Shown here: positions 14,897 to 31,750 of the stretch, one piece after another
Layout of the letters: the number at the start of each line of letters is the position of its first letter
How positions within the stretch are numbered: the stretch's first letter is position 1
Source of the DNA: Lingula anatina
Lineage: Eukaryota > Animalia > Brachiopoda
Reading direction: 5' to 3'
Assembly: GCA_051362555.1 (NCBI GenBank)
Contig: CM120646.1
Coordinates: forward strand, 18,724,001 to 18,788,000
DNA length: 64,000 bases
Program-made: the position numbers and the translations under genes
The notes under the pieces: model-generated
What the model was told of the DNA's origin: nothing
The model's input: only the letters and a program-made list of their open reading frames with translations
Databases searched by the model: none

Positions 14897-17800
14897 TCAA
14901 AATAAACGCTTTAGAAAAATTAATGTCAGTGTTATAACGACTACCGATGAAGCAGAACAGTAAATGTGTCCACTGGTTGTGGTGGGGGATGGTGTTGTAC
15001 CACGTGACAGTATCTGCGGGATAGTCTTCAGCCAGAGTTTCATGCGCTTTGGAATCACGTCTGTTTTGCTAGCTATAGTGTCTCCAAGGTCAAGGTAGTG
15101 CTTTCCTGTTGCCGTGTACTGCTCCCAAGCAGTCGGTACATGAACCGGTTTGTTGGGGTTCCTGCAAATAACACAATTTTAGGCTGATCTTGATGATGAT
15201 TATTGATCCTTATTTTATTGAAGTGCTGTTGACGGTTACTTGGACATAATAACGTTATTATTTTCAAGACGGCTACGACTTGTTCACAACTGAACGCTGC
15301 CGATGACTTTTTAAAATTAAATATAGATCCAAATGAGCCATTCTCTAAATATCATCATTTGTTGTACAATCAGAAGTTCAAGTTCAAGAAAGAACAAACT
15401 TTAAAACAGGGCGTTACCATCGATTCCAATTTTAATTCGTATATGTGCAAAAGCAGTTTTATACTTATCTGTGCATATCACAATATTTTGCATAATAAAA
15501 CGCGAAGTGATAATTTTGATATTTGTTTTAACATCTTAACTGTGTTAAGCTTTAGTAAAATGAATTATGTAAAAAAAACTCATATCTGCTAATGACAAAA
15601 CAATATCTATGGTTTCATCAATACTGACCAATCGCACAATTATTTTTTCTTTCAAATATGTATTAGGTGAACACAAGTTGTAACGTATCTGTTTAACATC
15701 ATCACTCACCCGCTTTTTGCGAAGTTTGTCCAGTAATTCACCAGGTTTGTACAAAATTCCCTCTCCGCCTCTGTTAGCGTTATATTTATCAGTCCCGATA
15801 AATCCAGCTGACCATGTAACATGAAGGCCACGTCATCGGCATGGTTTGCACCTTGAAACCAAGCCGGCATAGGTATTAAGTGCCCAAATGAAGGTTCCTT
15901 GGTAAAGTAGTACAAATAAGAAGACCCAGTGCCATTGCTGGACGAGAGATGATGTGAAAGAAATTTAACGGTAGAAACCGCAAACGCTGTATCGGTTTGG
16001 AGATTGACAAAGCCACGTGCATTTGCACCTAGGTCCTCCGATGCCGAAGAAAAATAGACCCGTTGTATTGCTTGTGCGACTTCCGACTCAAAGTAGGTAG
16101 AAATTGTTTTAGCGATGTTTGGAATCAGTTCATCACGCAGCAAATGCGGTTCGATTCCCTGCGAATAATTGAAAGCCATTCCCAGTAGCATGCCTCCACC
16201 GTCCGAGTTCAAAAATCCACCCATGTAGTCTAAGGAGCGGAAATGCCTCACCAGCTCTGAGTCAGGGTTTTGAAGAGACTCTGTCACAGGTTGACGGAAC
16301 ATGTCACCGTCCACAACCGGTGCAAACGTTAGCCCAGTGGAATACGCAGGCACTTGTAAACTAGCATTTAGAAGGCGAGCTTTATCCACGCCCCGCAGAC
16401 AGGCGACTAGTTTTGCTGTGTCTGACTTCGAAGAATTACAGCCTAATATGTTGGCCATTTTGGTGGCTATATCAGCTGATCCGTCCACGAACGCCCAGTC
16501 GCTGACAGCTGTGCCACTCATGGAAATAAAGCGATGGAAGAGACCCCTAGCGGCTAAGGTCGTTGCTAGTTGTGAAACACTACCGCCACCTGCCGATTCA
16601 CCAAAGATGGTCACTCTAGGAATTAATTCATCATGTAAAGATTGATAGGTTTGACTTATATTAACAGCATAAGATTAAATTATCGTTTTTAAATGTATAA
16701 CAACAGTTTTTAAGTTGTTAAGGATTTTGAAAAGGACGTCTACTTTCCGTATCAATAAATACTTGAACACTGATGGAAAATAGTTCGTGTGACTACTTTC
16801 TACTTCCACAAATGAATTTACTCATATAAGTATATATGTACATATCTCTCCTGGTTCATTCGTTACCGGCAAAGTAAAAATATATACTCTCGGACCAAAA
16901 ATGTCTTCAACAAATACTTCCATACTCACCTTTTAGGGTCTCCGCCAAAGTTTTCTATGTTGTCTCTCACCCATTTCAGTCCCTCTATTTGATCCCAGAG
17001 TCCAGCGTTACCAGGAGCGTTAACGTCACCAGTGGTCAAGAATCCAAATGGACCCAAGCGGTAGTTGACTGTCACTACGATAACGTCACCTTGCAAGGCT
17101 AAATGTAATTAAATAAATTAACACTACCTTGTTAACTGTTTTTGGAGCGAAAACTTAAAAGTTGCAACATAAAAGGTAATAATAAACAGTAGTCTTTTTT
17201 CTAATACAGCACTAATACCCGGTACACAGCATTTATTTCCTTATTTAAATATTGAGAATGCCCCAAAAAGCCCAGGCTTCTTTCACGATAAAAATTCAAT
17301 AAAAAAATCTCGAGGGCGATAGTAAGATACCTAGAGTCAGTCAAAATGGTTACTATCCCAACAAACCATTTATTATTGTTACTTTTGTCAGATACATTTA
17401 TCTTGGCCACTAACATACAATTTGTACGCCAATAAAAATTCAACCTCCTTCGATACCAGAGGCAATAACGACTGAAATGTGATATTTATATGCACCGTCC
17501 ATTAAGTGCAAAACTCACCGAATGTGTCAAAGATGAGTATATCCGTCTCTCCGGTGTTATAACCCCCTCCATGTATATAGACCATTACTGCCTTACTGTT
17601 GTTGATGTGAATGTCCCCTGGCACGAACAAGTTCAAGGTCAAGCAGTCTTCCGAGATCTGCGGATAGAAATCTTGATATAAATAATAACGGTGGATTAAC
17701 GTTTATTATGGACATATTCGGTCTGGATTGTCTGAAAGAAATAAAATTACTGTTATGCGACTTTCTATTTTATTTCATCATATACTGTATATATTTACAT

Positions 17801-18408
17801 ATAAATAGAGCAAAATAACGCAAAATTATGAATTGTCCTACTAGTACCAGTATTATTCACAGCGTTTTAAAGGGATGCATAAAAACTGAACGTACATAAA
17901 ATTACATGAATAGTACTTATTTTATACACGGCGCAGGCCAAATCTAGAGAACGGCTCACTTCCGTAGAATATGCGTAGTATCAGTGACCTTAAACAGTGA
18001 GAACAGTGAACTCAGTGAGAGGGCGATTAAGGTGAAGCTGCATTTGGTTAAATCATACGCACTATAACAAGTGGCTTGTGCTACCCGGCATATAACATTT
18101 TTCTCTCTCTCTCTCTCTCTGCATACCTTTTTCGGAAGTGGAAATTCTGGTGTCACAAGCTGCATACAAGAGTCCCCAAACACCGTAGTATTCTTAACAC
18201 CAGTCCAGTTTTCCACAGGCTGGGGTTTCTTAAACCGAAGATCCCCAAGGGGCGGTTTGGCGTACGGAACCCCTAAAAACCTGTTCAGCGTCTTCCCCTG
18301 TATTGTCAGTGCATGCCCCAGGATTAGCCCGTTTCTTGTTGAGATCTGAGCCTGGCAATTCACCCAAGCTCCCACGACTGCACAGATTATGAAAAAGACC
18401 GCCGACAT
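14897..18408 (-). CDS. Carboxylesterase type B copy 2, 5 exons, intact
   Basis: [13 protein letters not shown] signal; ISEDCLTLN; GNAGLWDQ; GESAGG; GFLNSDG; GANHADD; last exon 14897-15161 NPNKPV...[11 protein letters not shown]...[17 protein letters not shown]. Confidence 0.92.
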
Positions 18409-18620
18409 GTTGTACGGGTGTTAACTGGTAAACATTTAACTACGCCAACATAAACGTTATCTTCTCCCTGAGGTAAGTTAATCGCGAATGTCCAAAACAA
18501 GTAGATTATATGTAGGTCACGTTATAGATGCGACATGCTTTTTACAGCTAAGAGATTTCGATATGTGGTGCAATCAAAACTTAATCTAATGTAAGCATCA
18601 TGTAGGTGGTTCGCATTATA

Positions 18621-20282
18621 CACTCTTGCCCAAAATGGTTGGTACACGGAAATTTTGGGATGCATATCGCCCTGTTTCTTTCATTATTATTGATATTACC
18701 AAATTAATACCGTTTATATTGTTAAATAGGTGAAGCTGGAGGGTTGGTTAAGTCAAGGAGAAACAACCAATGCAAATGTGAAAAAAACGTGAATTTATTT
18801 AGTTTTTTTTCTCAAGCCCCCATAAAGAGTACTTTTTTTTACATAACACTACCAAGTGAAAAATTAAACATAAATTTATACTGTGATGGACAATTAATAT
18901 GAAATTAGGGGAAATTGTCAAGAAACATCTTCAGAGTTCATTATTAATCTCAATAGCGGGTATGCCCACCCCGAGCTTGGATAATGGCCGCCAAACGGCG
19001 TGGCATACTGTGAACTAGAGTCACAACTCTTTGGAGAGGAATTCTGGTCCATTCATATTGAAGGGCATCTCGCAGTTCATCTATATTTGCAGGGGGAGGG
19101 TTTCTCCTCTGAATAGCACGACCAAGTTCGTCCCACATGTGCTCAATTGGGTTTGCATCTGGGCTTCTTGCTGGCTGTGGCATCAGCTGAATGTTGTTTT
19201 GTCGGATAAAGTCTGCAATTAAGCGGGCTGTGTGTTGAGTTGCATTGTCATGTTGCAATCTAAAATTGTCTCTGTATATCCCTCTTGCGAACGGCTCCAG
19301 GTTCTGCTGGAGAATGTCTCTATAACTGGCAGCGTTAAGGTTTTCACCCAGAGGAAGCAATGGGCAAATGCCGTTGCTGCAAATGGCACCCAAAACATGT
19401 ACAGAACCACCTCCTCCAGCTATGAGAGTGCGTAGGCTCCCTGGGGGGAGGCTGTTAACTGAAAATATCCAGGAAACAATAGCTGGAGGAGGTGGTTCTG
19501 TACATGTTTTGGGTGCCATTTGCAGCAATGGCATTTGCCCATTGGTTTTTCTGGATGAAAACCTTAACACTGCCAGTTATAGAGACATTCTCCAGCAGAA
19601 CCTGGAGCCGTTCGCAAGAGGGATATACAGAGACAATTTTAGATTGCAACATGACAATGCAACTCAACACACAGCCCGCTTAATTGCAGACTTTATCCGA
19701 CAAAACAACATTCAGCTGATGCCACAACCAGCAAGAAGCCCAGATGCAAACCCAATTGAGCACATGTGGGACGAACTTGGTCGTGCTATTCAGAGGAGAA
19801 ACCCTCCCCCTGCAAATCTAGATGAACTGCGAAATGCCCTTCAAGATGAATGGACCAGAATTCCTCTCCAAAGAGTTGTGACTCTAGTTCACAGTATGCC
19901 ACGCCGTTTGGCGGCCATTATCCAAGCTCGGGGTGGGCATACCCGCTATTGAGATTAATAATGAACTCTGAAGATGTTTCTTGACAATTTCCCCTAATTT
20001 CATATTAATTGTCCATCACAGTATAAATTTATGTTTAATTTTTCACTTGATAGTGTTATGTAAAAAAAGTACTCTTTTTGGGGGCATGAGAAAAAAAAAA
20101 CTAAATAAATTAACGTTTCTTTCACATTTGCATTGGTTGTTTCTCCTTGACTTAACCAACCCTCCAGCTTCACCTATTTAACAATATAAACGGTATTAAT
20201 TTGGTAATATCAATAATAATGAAAGAATCAGGGCGATATGCTTCCCAAAATTTCCGTGTACCAACCATTTTGGGCAAGAGTG
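18621..20282. mobile_element. Palindromic non-autonomous Tc1 (DD34E) derivative made of two inverted 3' halves
   Basis: TA|CACTCTTGCCCAAAATGGTTGGTACAC ... GTGTACCAACCATTTTGGGCAAGAGTG|TA. Arms 18621-19423 and 19479-20282 are reverse complements. Each encodes the C-terminal transposase part (QHDNA...SPDANPIEHMW...GGHTRY; 34 residues between D and E) but lacks the N-terminal DNA-binding domain and first Asp. Confidence 0.93.
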
Positions 20283-20700
20283 TATATGTGTGTGCTCATC
20301 AAACGCAATCAGCAGAAATCATTGCAAAGTAGAAGCTGTATTTCGTTTTCGCAATGATTCAGGTAATTGCGTATTATATATACAGCGAGCATGATATATG
20401 ATTGTGATATTCAAGCACAAGGTCATCAAACTATGTTATTTTTATTGTCCACACATAATGAATTAGGGAATTTTAATTGTTCACTTGAAATGAGGACTAT
20501 ATTGTATATCTTATGAAATAAATTCTTCACGTTTTGGAATACACGAATCCAATGTCATATAAAAAGTAGGTACATGTATATACTGTATGCCACTTGTGTT
20601 TATATAAACTATGAAGTTACAAATATTAAAAAGGGTCCATGGTACTTTCATATCATTATCTTTTCATTTCATAACTTTCCAAAATTTGCTGGGAGCTTTT

Positions 20701-24381
<3,681 letters not shown>

Positions 24382-24668
24382 GATAGAATTTACTGGCCTA
24401 GATTCCAAATACCCCCTGCATGCTGCCTGCTGCGTGTTCTCTGATATGGAGTGTTTTATCGCTTGAAGTCAAGCAGAGCGACTGGAAAGACTCACTAAGA
24501 GTAACATATGCTTGTAGCGGTATCAGATATCAAAACACGAACTTAAGGTGGGAAGTATGGTAAAATGGTCTAAAATTCGTGTTTTTTTAGTTTTTCGTGT
24601 GTTTACATTAATTATAGAAGTATATATATTGATGCACCTAGAAAGATCTACATTATAGTTGTTAAATA

Positions 24669-24708
24669 CAATCCGAGCTTTCGGCCCCTGGGCCTTCTTC
24701 GGGGATTA
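24669..24708 (-). ncRNA. Minimal type-I hammerhead ribozyme motif (Penelope-like retroelement type)
   Basis: Minus strand TAATCC-CCGAAGA-A-GGCC-CAGG-GGCC-GAAA-GCT-C-GGATTG: stem I TAATCC/GGATTG, core C(C)GANGA, stem II GGCC/GGCC, GAAA, palindromic AGCT stem III, UC cleavage site. Confidence 0.6.
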
Positions 24709-25696
24709 TGAACAATAATTCATATAAAAATCATAAAAAATCATAAAAATTCATCATAAAAAAACTTCTGTTATTACCAAGATCTATACGGTGAATCAAC
24801 ATGAATCCTTTACATTAATCAAAAACGAATCTGAATGAGTTATAAACCTGGTGTTGGCGGGAACATTAAAACTAGCTGCGAGATATTCAACTTCCCCCTT
24901 GTTCATGTAGTAAATTGTAATAAATTGCCCAGATTGAATTTTTTGCCGCTGTTTTGATACGATACACTATTGCATGTGTACTCAATTTATTGTGAAAACA
25001 CAATACATGTATAATATTAGTACACTGCTGCTCTCTCTATACATTACTATATACTATAGATAGCCATCCGTCTTTTATTGGTTGCTTGTCAGCTACATGT
25101 CTTAACTCAGATCCCCATAGATCTTCTATGAAAAGATTGTTCACCCGTCGAGTCGGCTGTTTTAGTTGAGATGATATGAGTATGTTCATCAACCGCCATC
25201 AGAACCATTACTAACAAAGTAAACAATAGAGGACTATCGAAAAGAACGATTGTGCCGGAAGTTGTGACGTCATTTACGTAGAGTGGTGTAGGAAGTGTAG
25301 CTGACTGGTCATTTTAGGCAGGAAGTGCACGGGAGCTGAGACGTGAGTGCGGAGAATAAGTGGTGAATAAGTGCTGTCGTAAGTCGAACTTCCCAAATCA
25401 CTTGACGTCTTATTTTTGGTTTTCCCACTCTATATTAGATGATATGCCATGTGGGATGGATCGCATCGTTACGTGTTGTCGTGTCCGACCATAAGACCAT
25501 AAAGATATTTTATGAGGTCAAATTATAATACATGTTGTCGTCCAAGAGTTCTTGAGTAACATTTCGGCTTCTTTGTACAATACCGATGTAAAGTAATTAA
25601 CTGTACAATTTAAAGTAATCAATTTGTATCTACCGCGTCACTTATGCTTAGTACGTGGGATATAAGAAGAACGCTTGAGAGAGCTTTAAAGCACGG

Positions 25697-26532
25697 AAAA
25701 GACGGACGTGATTTCGGAAAGTTGGAGACCTCAGTTAGAACATATAATTACCCAGCGTCGACAAAAGAAAAAAAAATCTCACGTCCCACGCAAGTCCTTA
25801 CGCAATTTCGAGTTCGCAGACAGCCCGTAAGCACGTACAGGGGATGTTGGACATGTCCAATAGATTCTACGAATATAGAAAGTCAGATTTTCCTCTACCT
25901 CGACGACATCCACGGCCTCCGCAACACCCAAAAAATCGCAGGGGACGTACGATCCTGAAATTCGTGCGTCCGGTTGTGACCGAGGCTTTACGTTAATCTG
26001 CAGCTGACAATAACCGTGGAATCTTGGATTGCATTATGCGCTGAGTAAAGTGAAACTTTGAGTAAAGTAAAGTAAATCTCTTTTACACATGAAATGAATA
26101 TCTTAGACTTACATCAATTTAGTAAGCTTAGTTCAAGCGTGGGCCCAAAATAAGACATTGAGTTTTACTTTACTCAGCGCTTGCGGCCTTGCTGTTCCCA
26201 GGCTATATTCGTAGAATCTTTTGGACATGTCCAACATCCCCCGTACGTGCTTACTCGAAACTCGAAATCGCGTAAGAAGGACTTGCGTGGGACGTGAGAT
26301 TCTGAGCAAAATTTGGACGCAAACAGCCCGTAAGAGCCCGTACGGCCGGTTGTGACCGAGGTTTAAGGTCGCACACAGAAAACCAAAGTCCACATGATGG
26401 CCAGTTGAGCGTTTTTTTTTTTTGTTTTTTTTTTTGTTCTTTTTTTTTTTTTTTTTTTTTGTCGACGCTGGGTAACTACATGTATATGTTCTAACTGAGG
26501 TCTCCAACTTTCCGAAATCACGTCCGTCTTTT
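25697..26532. repeat. Inverted repeat pair (25697-25878 versus 26203-26300 plus 26455-26532)
   Basis: AAAAGACGGACGTGATTTCGGAAAGTTGGAGACCTCAGTTAGAAC and TCTCACGTCCCACGCAAGTCCTT occur on opposite strands; both ORF-track entries read KDGRDFGKLETSVRTY. Confidence 0.85.
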
Positions 26533-27562
26533 GGTTGCATGGTATGGGCGTGCCGGATGTGTTCCATTCGTCCCGTCGGTATCTTGGCTGAAGAACATGC
26601 TGTCTTTTATTGTAGGTGACTCCTGATGACGCAACGGCAGATTTTTTTAGTAAAAACTGCAATATCGATTTCAAGCATAATTTCTGGCAGCTATCAAATG
26701 ATCTAAACGTCAATGATATGCTGGGTGTAAGCACTACAAAATGATATCACAAAAGTATTTAAATGGCTTCCCTGTGATTTTATAATAACCTTACACTTGA
26801 AATTACTCCATATTACAATGGACTGTTTACTCTGTGGCGAAGTTGTCTTTATCTTTTGCTGTTACGCGAGGTAGTAAATACAACTCTTTTCATGAATATT
26901 CTTTCATGAACTATTTATTAACTACTTTCCAATTGGTCCCCGTGTCGCCTTCTTCTCATTTCTATCTCTACCTCATGCAATCTCTAACGGCCTTCTCCCG
27001 TTTACATTACACGTCATTGTATAAGTATCATAAGAGCATGTCAATCAACTCTGTTCCTCTACAAAACACTCCCTGTTCCTTATTCACTCAATCATGGCTG
27101 TCAGTTACCAACAATACAACTCTAAAAGACAATATCTAACAAACTAACAACTGCCTCGACAATTTATGACAGCTATTTAAAGTCCGCATATAAAAAAGTA
27201 GGGTAATTTCCGTAGCGAACGGTTGGTTTGATGGGAAGATCTCGACACCGAGTAACTTATTTTGTCAAACTTGAAAGGTGAAGAAAGTTGATGGACAGAG
27301 TACACCCAATGCAGTCAACAAAGTAAGGAATTTCTTAGCTGACCGTTTATCTTATATTTGTCCGATATTTAGATTGATGAATTCAAGCAACGTTACATGT
27401 TTTAAATTAATATTTACATTGTTCTTCTATATCCTCTTCAAAACAGTGAAAATTTGGGTTTACGTTTACGTTGTCGGTTAATTAGACCTTTTCATGTCGA
27501 AAGAGTTATTAAATTTATATGTAGATAGTGTGAACAAGGTATTACAGTTATTATCTTTCTCT
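26527..27562 (-). pseudogene. Inverted, internally deleted partial copy of the adjacent sulfotransferase gene
   Basis: 26527-26623 is the reverse complement of the start of exon 2 (GVTYNKRQHVLQPRYRRDEWNTSGTPIPCNQK); ~26650-27420 mirrors intron ~28175-28945; ~27417-27562 mirrors upstream 27688-27830. Exon 1 and the catalytic domain are missing. Confidence 0.88.
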
Positions 27563-27843
27563 GACATTGGTTAACAGTTATGTACTACCCGGATACTTGC
27601 ATCAAGCCATACATATTTGCGTATATTAATATTTAATTAAGCCATTGGACTAATTAAGGTACGTCAACTATTTCATTTACTATGAAAGAGAAAGATAATA
27701 ACTGTAACAGCTTGATCACACTATCTATATATAAATTTAATAACTCTTTCGACATGAAAAAGTCTAATTAACCGACATCGTAAACGTAAACCCAAATTTT
27801 CACTGTTTTGAAGAGGATTTAGAAGCACAATACACATCTCAAA

Positions 27844-30271
27844 ATGGAACTGAAGATCGACTTAACCAAGCCTCCTGGAAGAGTTAAGTTGTGGGTGACA
27901 TTCTTTTCGTTAATTCTGTGTGCTGTATTTGTACTGAATGTTATTGCATACCTGCTGCCGGCTTATGATGAGAGGTGAGTATTTAAGTTTTTTTCAAAGG
28001 TAAACAAGCCTGAAATGCCATTTAAAAGTAGCTCAGTTCGTTTTATAATTTGCAACTGGTCTTTATTATGAATCTTTTCGTTCCTATATAGATCAATCTT
28101 GTCTGAGATCCGTTTAGCAAAAAAAAAAAAAAAAAGGGGGATGGGGGTAAATCCACGTTTTTGGTTTTTTTTCATGTAAATATTAATTAAAAATATGTAA
28201 CGTTGCTTGAATTCATCAATCTGAATATCGGACAAATATAAGATAAACGGTCAGCTAAGAAATTCCTTACTTTGTTGACTGCATTGGGTGTTACTCTGTC
28301 CATCAACTTTCTACACCTTTCAAGTTTGACAAAATAAGTTACTCGGTGTCGAGATCTCCCCATCAAACCAACCGTTCGCTACGGAAATTACCCTACTTTT
28401 ATATGCGGATTATAAATAGCTGTCATAAATTGTCGAGGCAGTTGTTAGTTTGTCAGATATTGTCTTTAAGAGTTGTTTTGTTGGTAAATAACAGCCATGA
28501 TTGAGTGAATAAGGAACAGGGTGTGTTTTGTAGAGGAACTGAGTTGATTTGCATGCTCTTATGATACTTATACAATGACGTGTAATGTAAACGGGAGAAT
28601 GCCGCTAGAGATTGTATGAGGTAGAGATAGAAATGAAAAGAAGGTGACACGGGGACCAATTGGAAAGTAGTTAATAAATAGTTCATGAAAGAATAGTTCA
28701 TGAAAAGAGTTGTATTTACAACCTCGCGTAACAGTAAAAGATAAAGACAACTTCGCCACAGAGTAAACAGTCCATTGTAATATGGAGTAATTTCAAGTGT
28801 AAGGTTATTATAAAATCACAGGGAAGCCATTTAAATAATTTTGTGATATCATTTTATAGTGCTTACACCCAGCATATCATTGACGTTTAGATCATTTGAT
28901 AGCTGCCAGAAATTATGCTTGAAATCGATATTGCAGCTTTTACTACGTCATCAAGTAAACAAATGCAACCCGGGCATTTTTGGATGCGGCAACATTATCG
29001 CATAACATATCGTATTAACATTTCCGCATTATCTAAACAGATTAGGAAAAAACAGATCAGACGTTAAGACCGACTAGATAAAACACCGAAAAAATAATGT
29101 GTCATCTGAATTGAATTTTAGGTCCCCAATAGGTTATAAAGGAGTCACCTACAATAAAAGACAACGTGTTCTTCAGCCAAGATACCGACGGGACGAATGG
29201 AACACATCCGGCACGCCCATACCATGCAACCAAAAGAAACACATCCTCTTCATCAAAGTTCCTAAGTGCGGGAGCTCCACCCTTTCCAGTATTATCATAA
29301 GATTCGGGTTTCGGCACGGCTTAAAAACAGCGCTTCCTTTGGGAAATAAGTTCAGTCTGGTTTCCTTGTTGAGGAGTCTGGACAAGAACGGCCATCAAAG
29401 TGATAAGCACGATGTATTTGCCAGCCATGTAAGATACCAGGTTATCAAAGAACACGAACACCTTGTACCAAACGATGCCTTTCGTACGGCAATTATTAGA
29501 GAACCATTGAGCGCCTTTAAGTCTTTTTTCAACTATCGCCAGAAGGGAGCAGCCTTTGGACTCGGAGCGAAAAATCAACTGGAAACGTTCTTTTCGAACT
29601 CTGCGTTCTACGCATCCCCCGATTCAGCTCGATTTTGGAACCGAATGATACGTTACCTTGGATACAACATGCCGGACAACACCACCCAGAGCACTCCTCA
29701 CGCAGTTGAGGAGGCCAGAACATATGTATACCATGTAGACCGAGAATTTGACTTTGTAGTAGTTTTGGAATATTTTGACGAATGTCTGATACTGCTTAAA
29801 AGAATGCTGTGCTGGGAAACGCACGACATGTTTTACACCCAACACAAAACTGGCTCTACTTATTCGAAGGATTATGATACCGCTATCAAAAAAGTCAGTG
29901 ACCCCTTGGTAGATAGAAGATTCAGGGAACTGAATTATGCAGACTATATACTCTACGACTATTTTAAGTCAAAGGTGGAAAAAACAATCGCCAAACAAGA
30001 TTCTGACTTCTTCAAAGAACTCCGCGATTTCAGGAGGGTGAATAGTAGAGTGACACAATTTTGTCAAAGTAGCACATCCCTTGAAGAATCATTGGAAATA
30101 CCATCGTCAAAATGGAGCAGAGGGTTCACCATGAGAAAGACGTACTGTCGTCTGCTGAATTTTGGTGTAAACAAATACGATACATTTCTGAAAAATGAAA
30201 AATTCACACAGTACATTAACGTTGGAAAAAATAGCGAACCTAGGCAACCCAGGCGTGACAAGTCGTCATAG
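27844..30271 (+). CDS. Galactose-3-O-sulfotransferase-like (GAL3ST family) Golgi type-II membrane sulfotransferase, 426 aa, 2 coding exons
   Basis: Exon 1 27844-27974 MELKIDLTKPPGRVKLWVTFFSLILCAVFVLNVIAYLLPAYDE (TM anchor, AG|gtgagt) splices in frame to 29122-30271. PAPS-binding motifs FIKVPKCGSSTL and IIREPLSAFKSFFNY; GAL3ST-type FDFVVVLEYFDECLILLKRMLCW and NYADYILYDYF. Confidence 0.9.
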
Positions 30272-30857
30272 ACCGCGCTTGACATGCGGCAACGTCTAGT
30301 CGCAAGACCTTTGAGGAATGTTAAATTATTGTGAAAAAAGTTGCAACCGAGGTTTGGTGTAAGTAGTGTAATTGAGAACGAACAATGTGGGTGGATTTTA
30401 TCATACTTTCGTGATCGGTTCGGTCATGAAAAGGTCAAAGACCGCTGTAAACGTTGCATTAGCTTCATAAATGTGAAGTCTTGGGTAACATTACAAATAT
30501 GCATGTGGCTGCCTGCCACTGAATACCTGTCTTGAGTTTTTTCAAGAAATAAGGTGAACCAGTATTTGGAGCACACTGTTTACTCCAACGACAGAAATGA
30601 AAGTTCATAATATTTGATAACAAATTGACGTTTATAATATAAACTAACAAAAATGACTCGGTTAGTTAAAGGTAATAAAGTTAAAACGGCTTTCCACTTA
30701 TGATGTGGTCTTTGAAAGTTCGCTGCGACGACGGCAACGACAGACGCAGACAAAATGTCTGTCCATAAAATATATTTGTCTTGACTATAGGAAGTTCTGA
30801 GTTAATATTGTTGGTTACCAGCTGTTACTCATATATATTAAAATAACAAAACAAAAC

Positions 30858-30968
30858 CCTGAAAAGTTGGTCTTAGATCTTTCAGCACTACTGGGGCTCT
30901 TCGGAGTTTTACAAAATAACCGTGAAGAGGCCCAGTAGGGCTTAAGGATCTAAGACCGAATTTTAGGT
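30858..30968. repeat. Short imperfect palindrome
   Basis: CCTGAAAAGTTGGTCTTAGATCTTTCAGCACTACTGGG ... CCCAGTAGGGCTTAAGGATCTAAGACCGAATTTTAGG. Confidence 0.55.
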
Positions 30969-31750
30969 GTTTTTTGGTTTTTGTTTTGTTTTGTTTTGTT
31001 TTGTTTGTTTTGTTTTTGTTTAACTATATACTACACACAAAAAGGAATTAATTTTTTTTACAACTATATATATAACATTAACAGAGAGTGAAGTGATAGT
31101 CACTTAGGACACTAAGTAAAACAAGGATATTACTCATTGAACTCATTGGTTGTGGCTGCTTATAGATAATTTACACAAACTGCTAATACATTCTGACGTG
31201 TGATATACGGGTAATGAATCTTTGGGACCTCTTTTTGTTCTGTCCATAACGGTATCATTTCATACAATTATTTACTTTGAGGCAGGAATATTTTATACAT
31301 AACTATCAGTCAGATTGCTTTGAGAACCAATGCAGAGAGTACTCTTTCAATGAACTATCTATTTTCTCTCCCTGCGTGACAACGGCAACATGCTAGTCCT
31401 TTTACACAAATAATTATAGTCCAAAACGTATATCCTTAGGAAATATAGAAATGACGGACGGTCCGCATAGGGTCTACCAGTATCTTTTCGCAATAAACGG
31501 CTTTTCTATATTATCAATCAGTCCAATTATTCAATAACAATAATTATGATCCAATCAAGAATCCGAATGCCTGTTGGTCAAGAATGCGCGTCGTGATAAT
31601 CGTAATGTTTTTTTTTTCCTATTCAACTTCAGTTAAATTTTTGGCACTTAGAACATTTGTTTCGATGATTTTTTTGTTTTGCAATGTACATCCGATACAT
31701 CTACCATTCTGTCGTAGGCCTGTCGTCTGCAGCACGTAAACAGTACATCG

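Noticed and set aside
19368-19952. Functional transposase gene
   Set aside because: Only the C-terminal catalytic part is present; the apparent N-terminus comes from the opposite arm of the palindrome.
25644-26734. ORFs of 104, 144 and 123 aa as genes
   Set aside because: They arise from the inverted repeats, poly-T/A runs and the sulfotransferase fragment.
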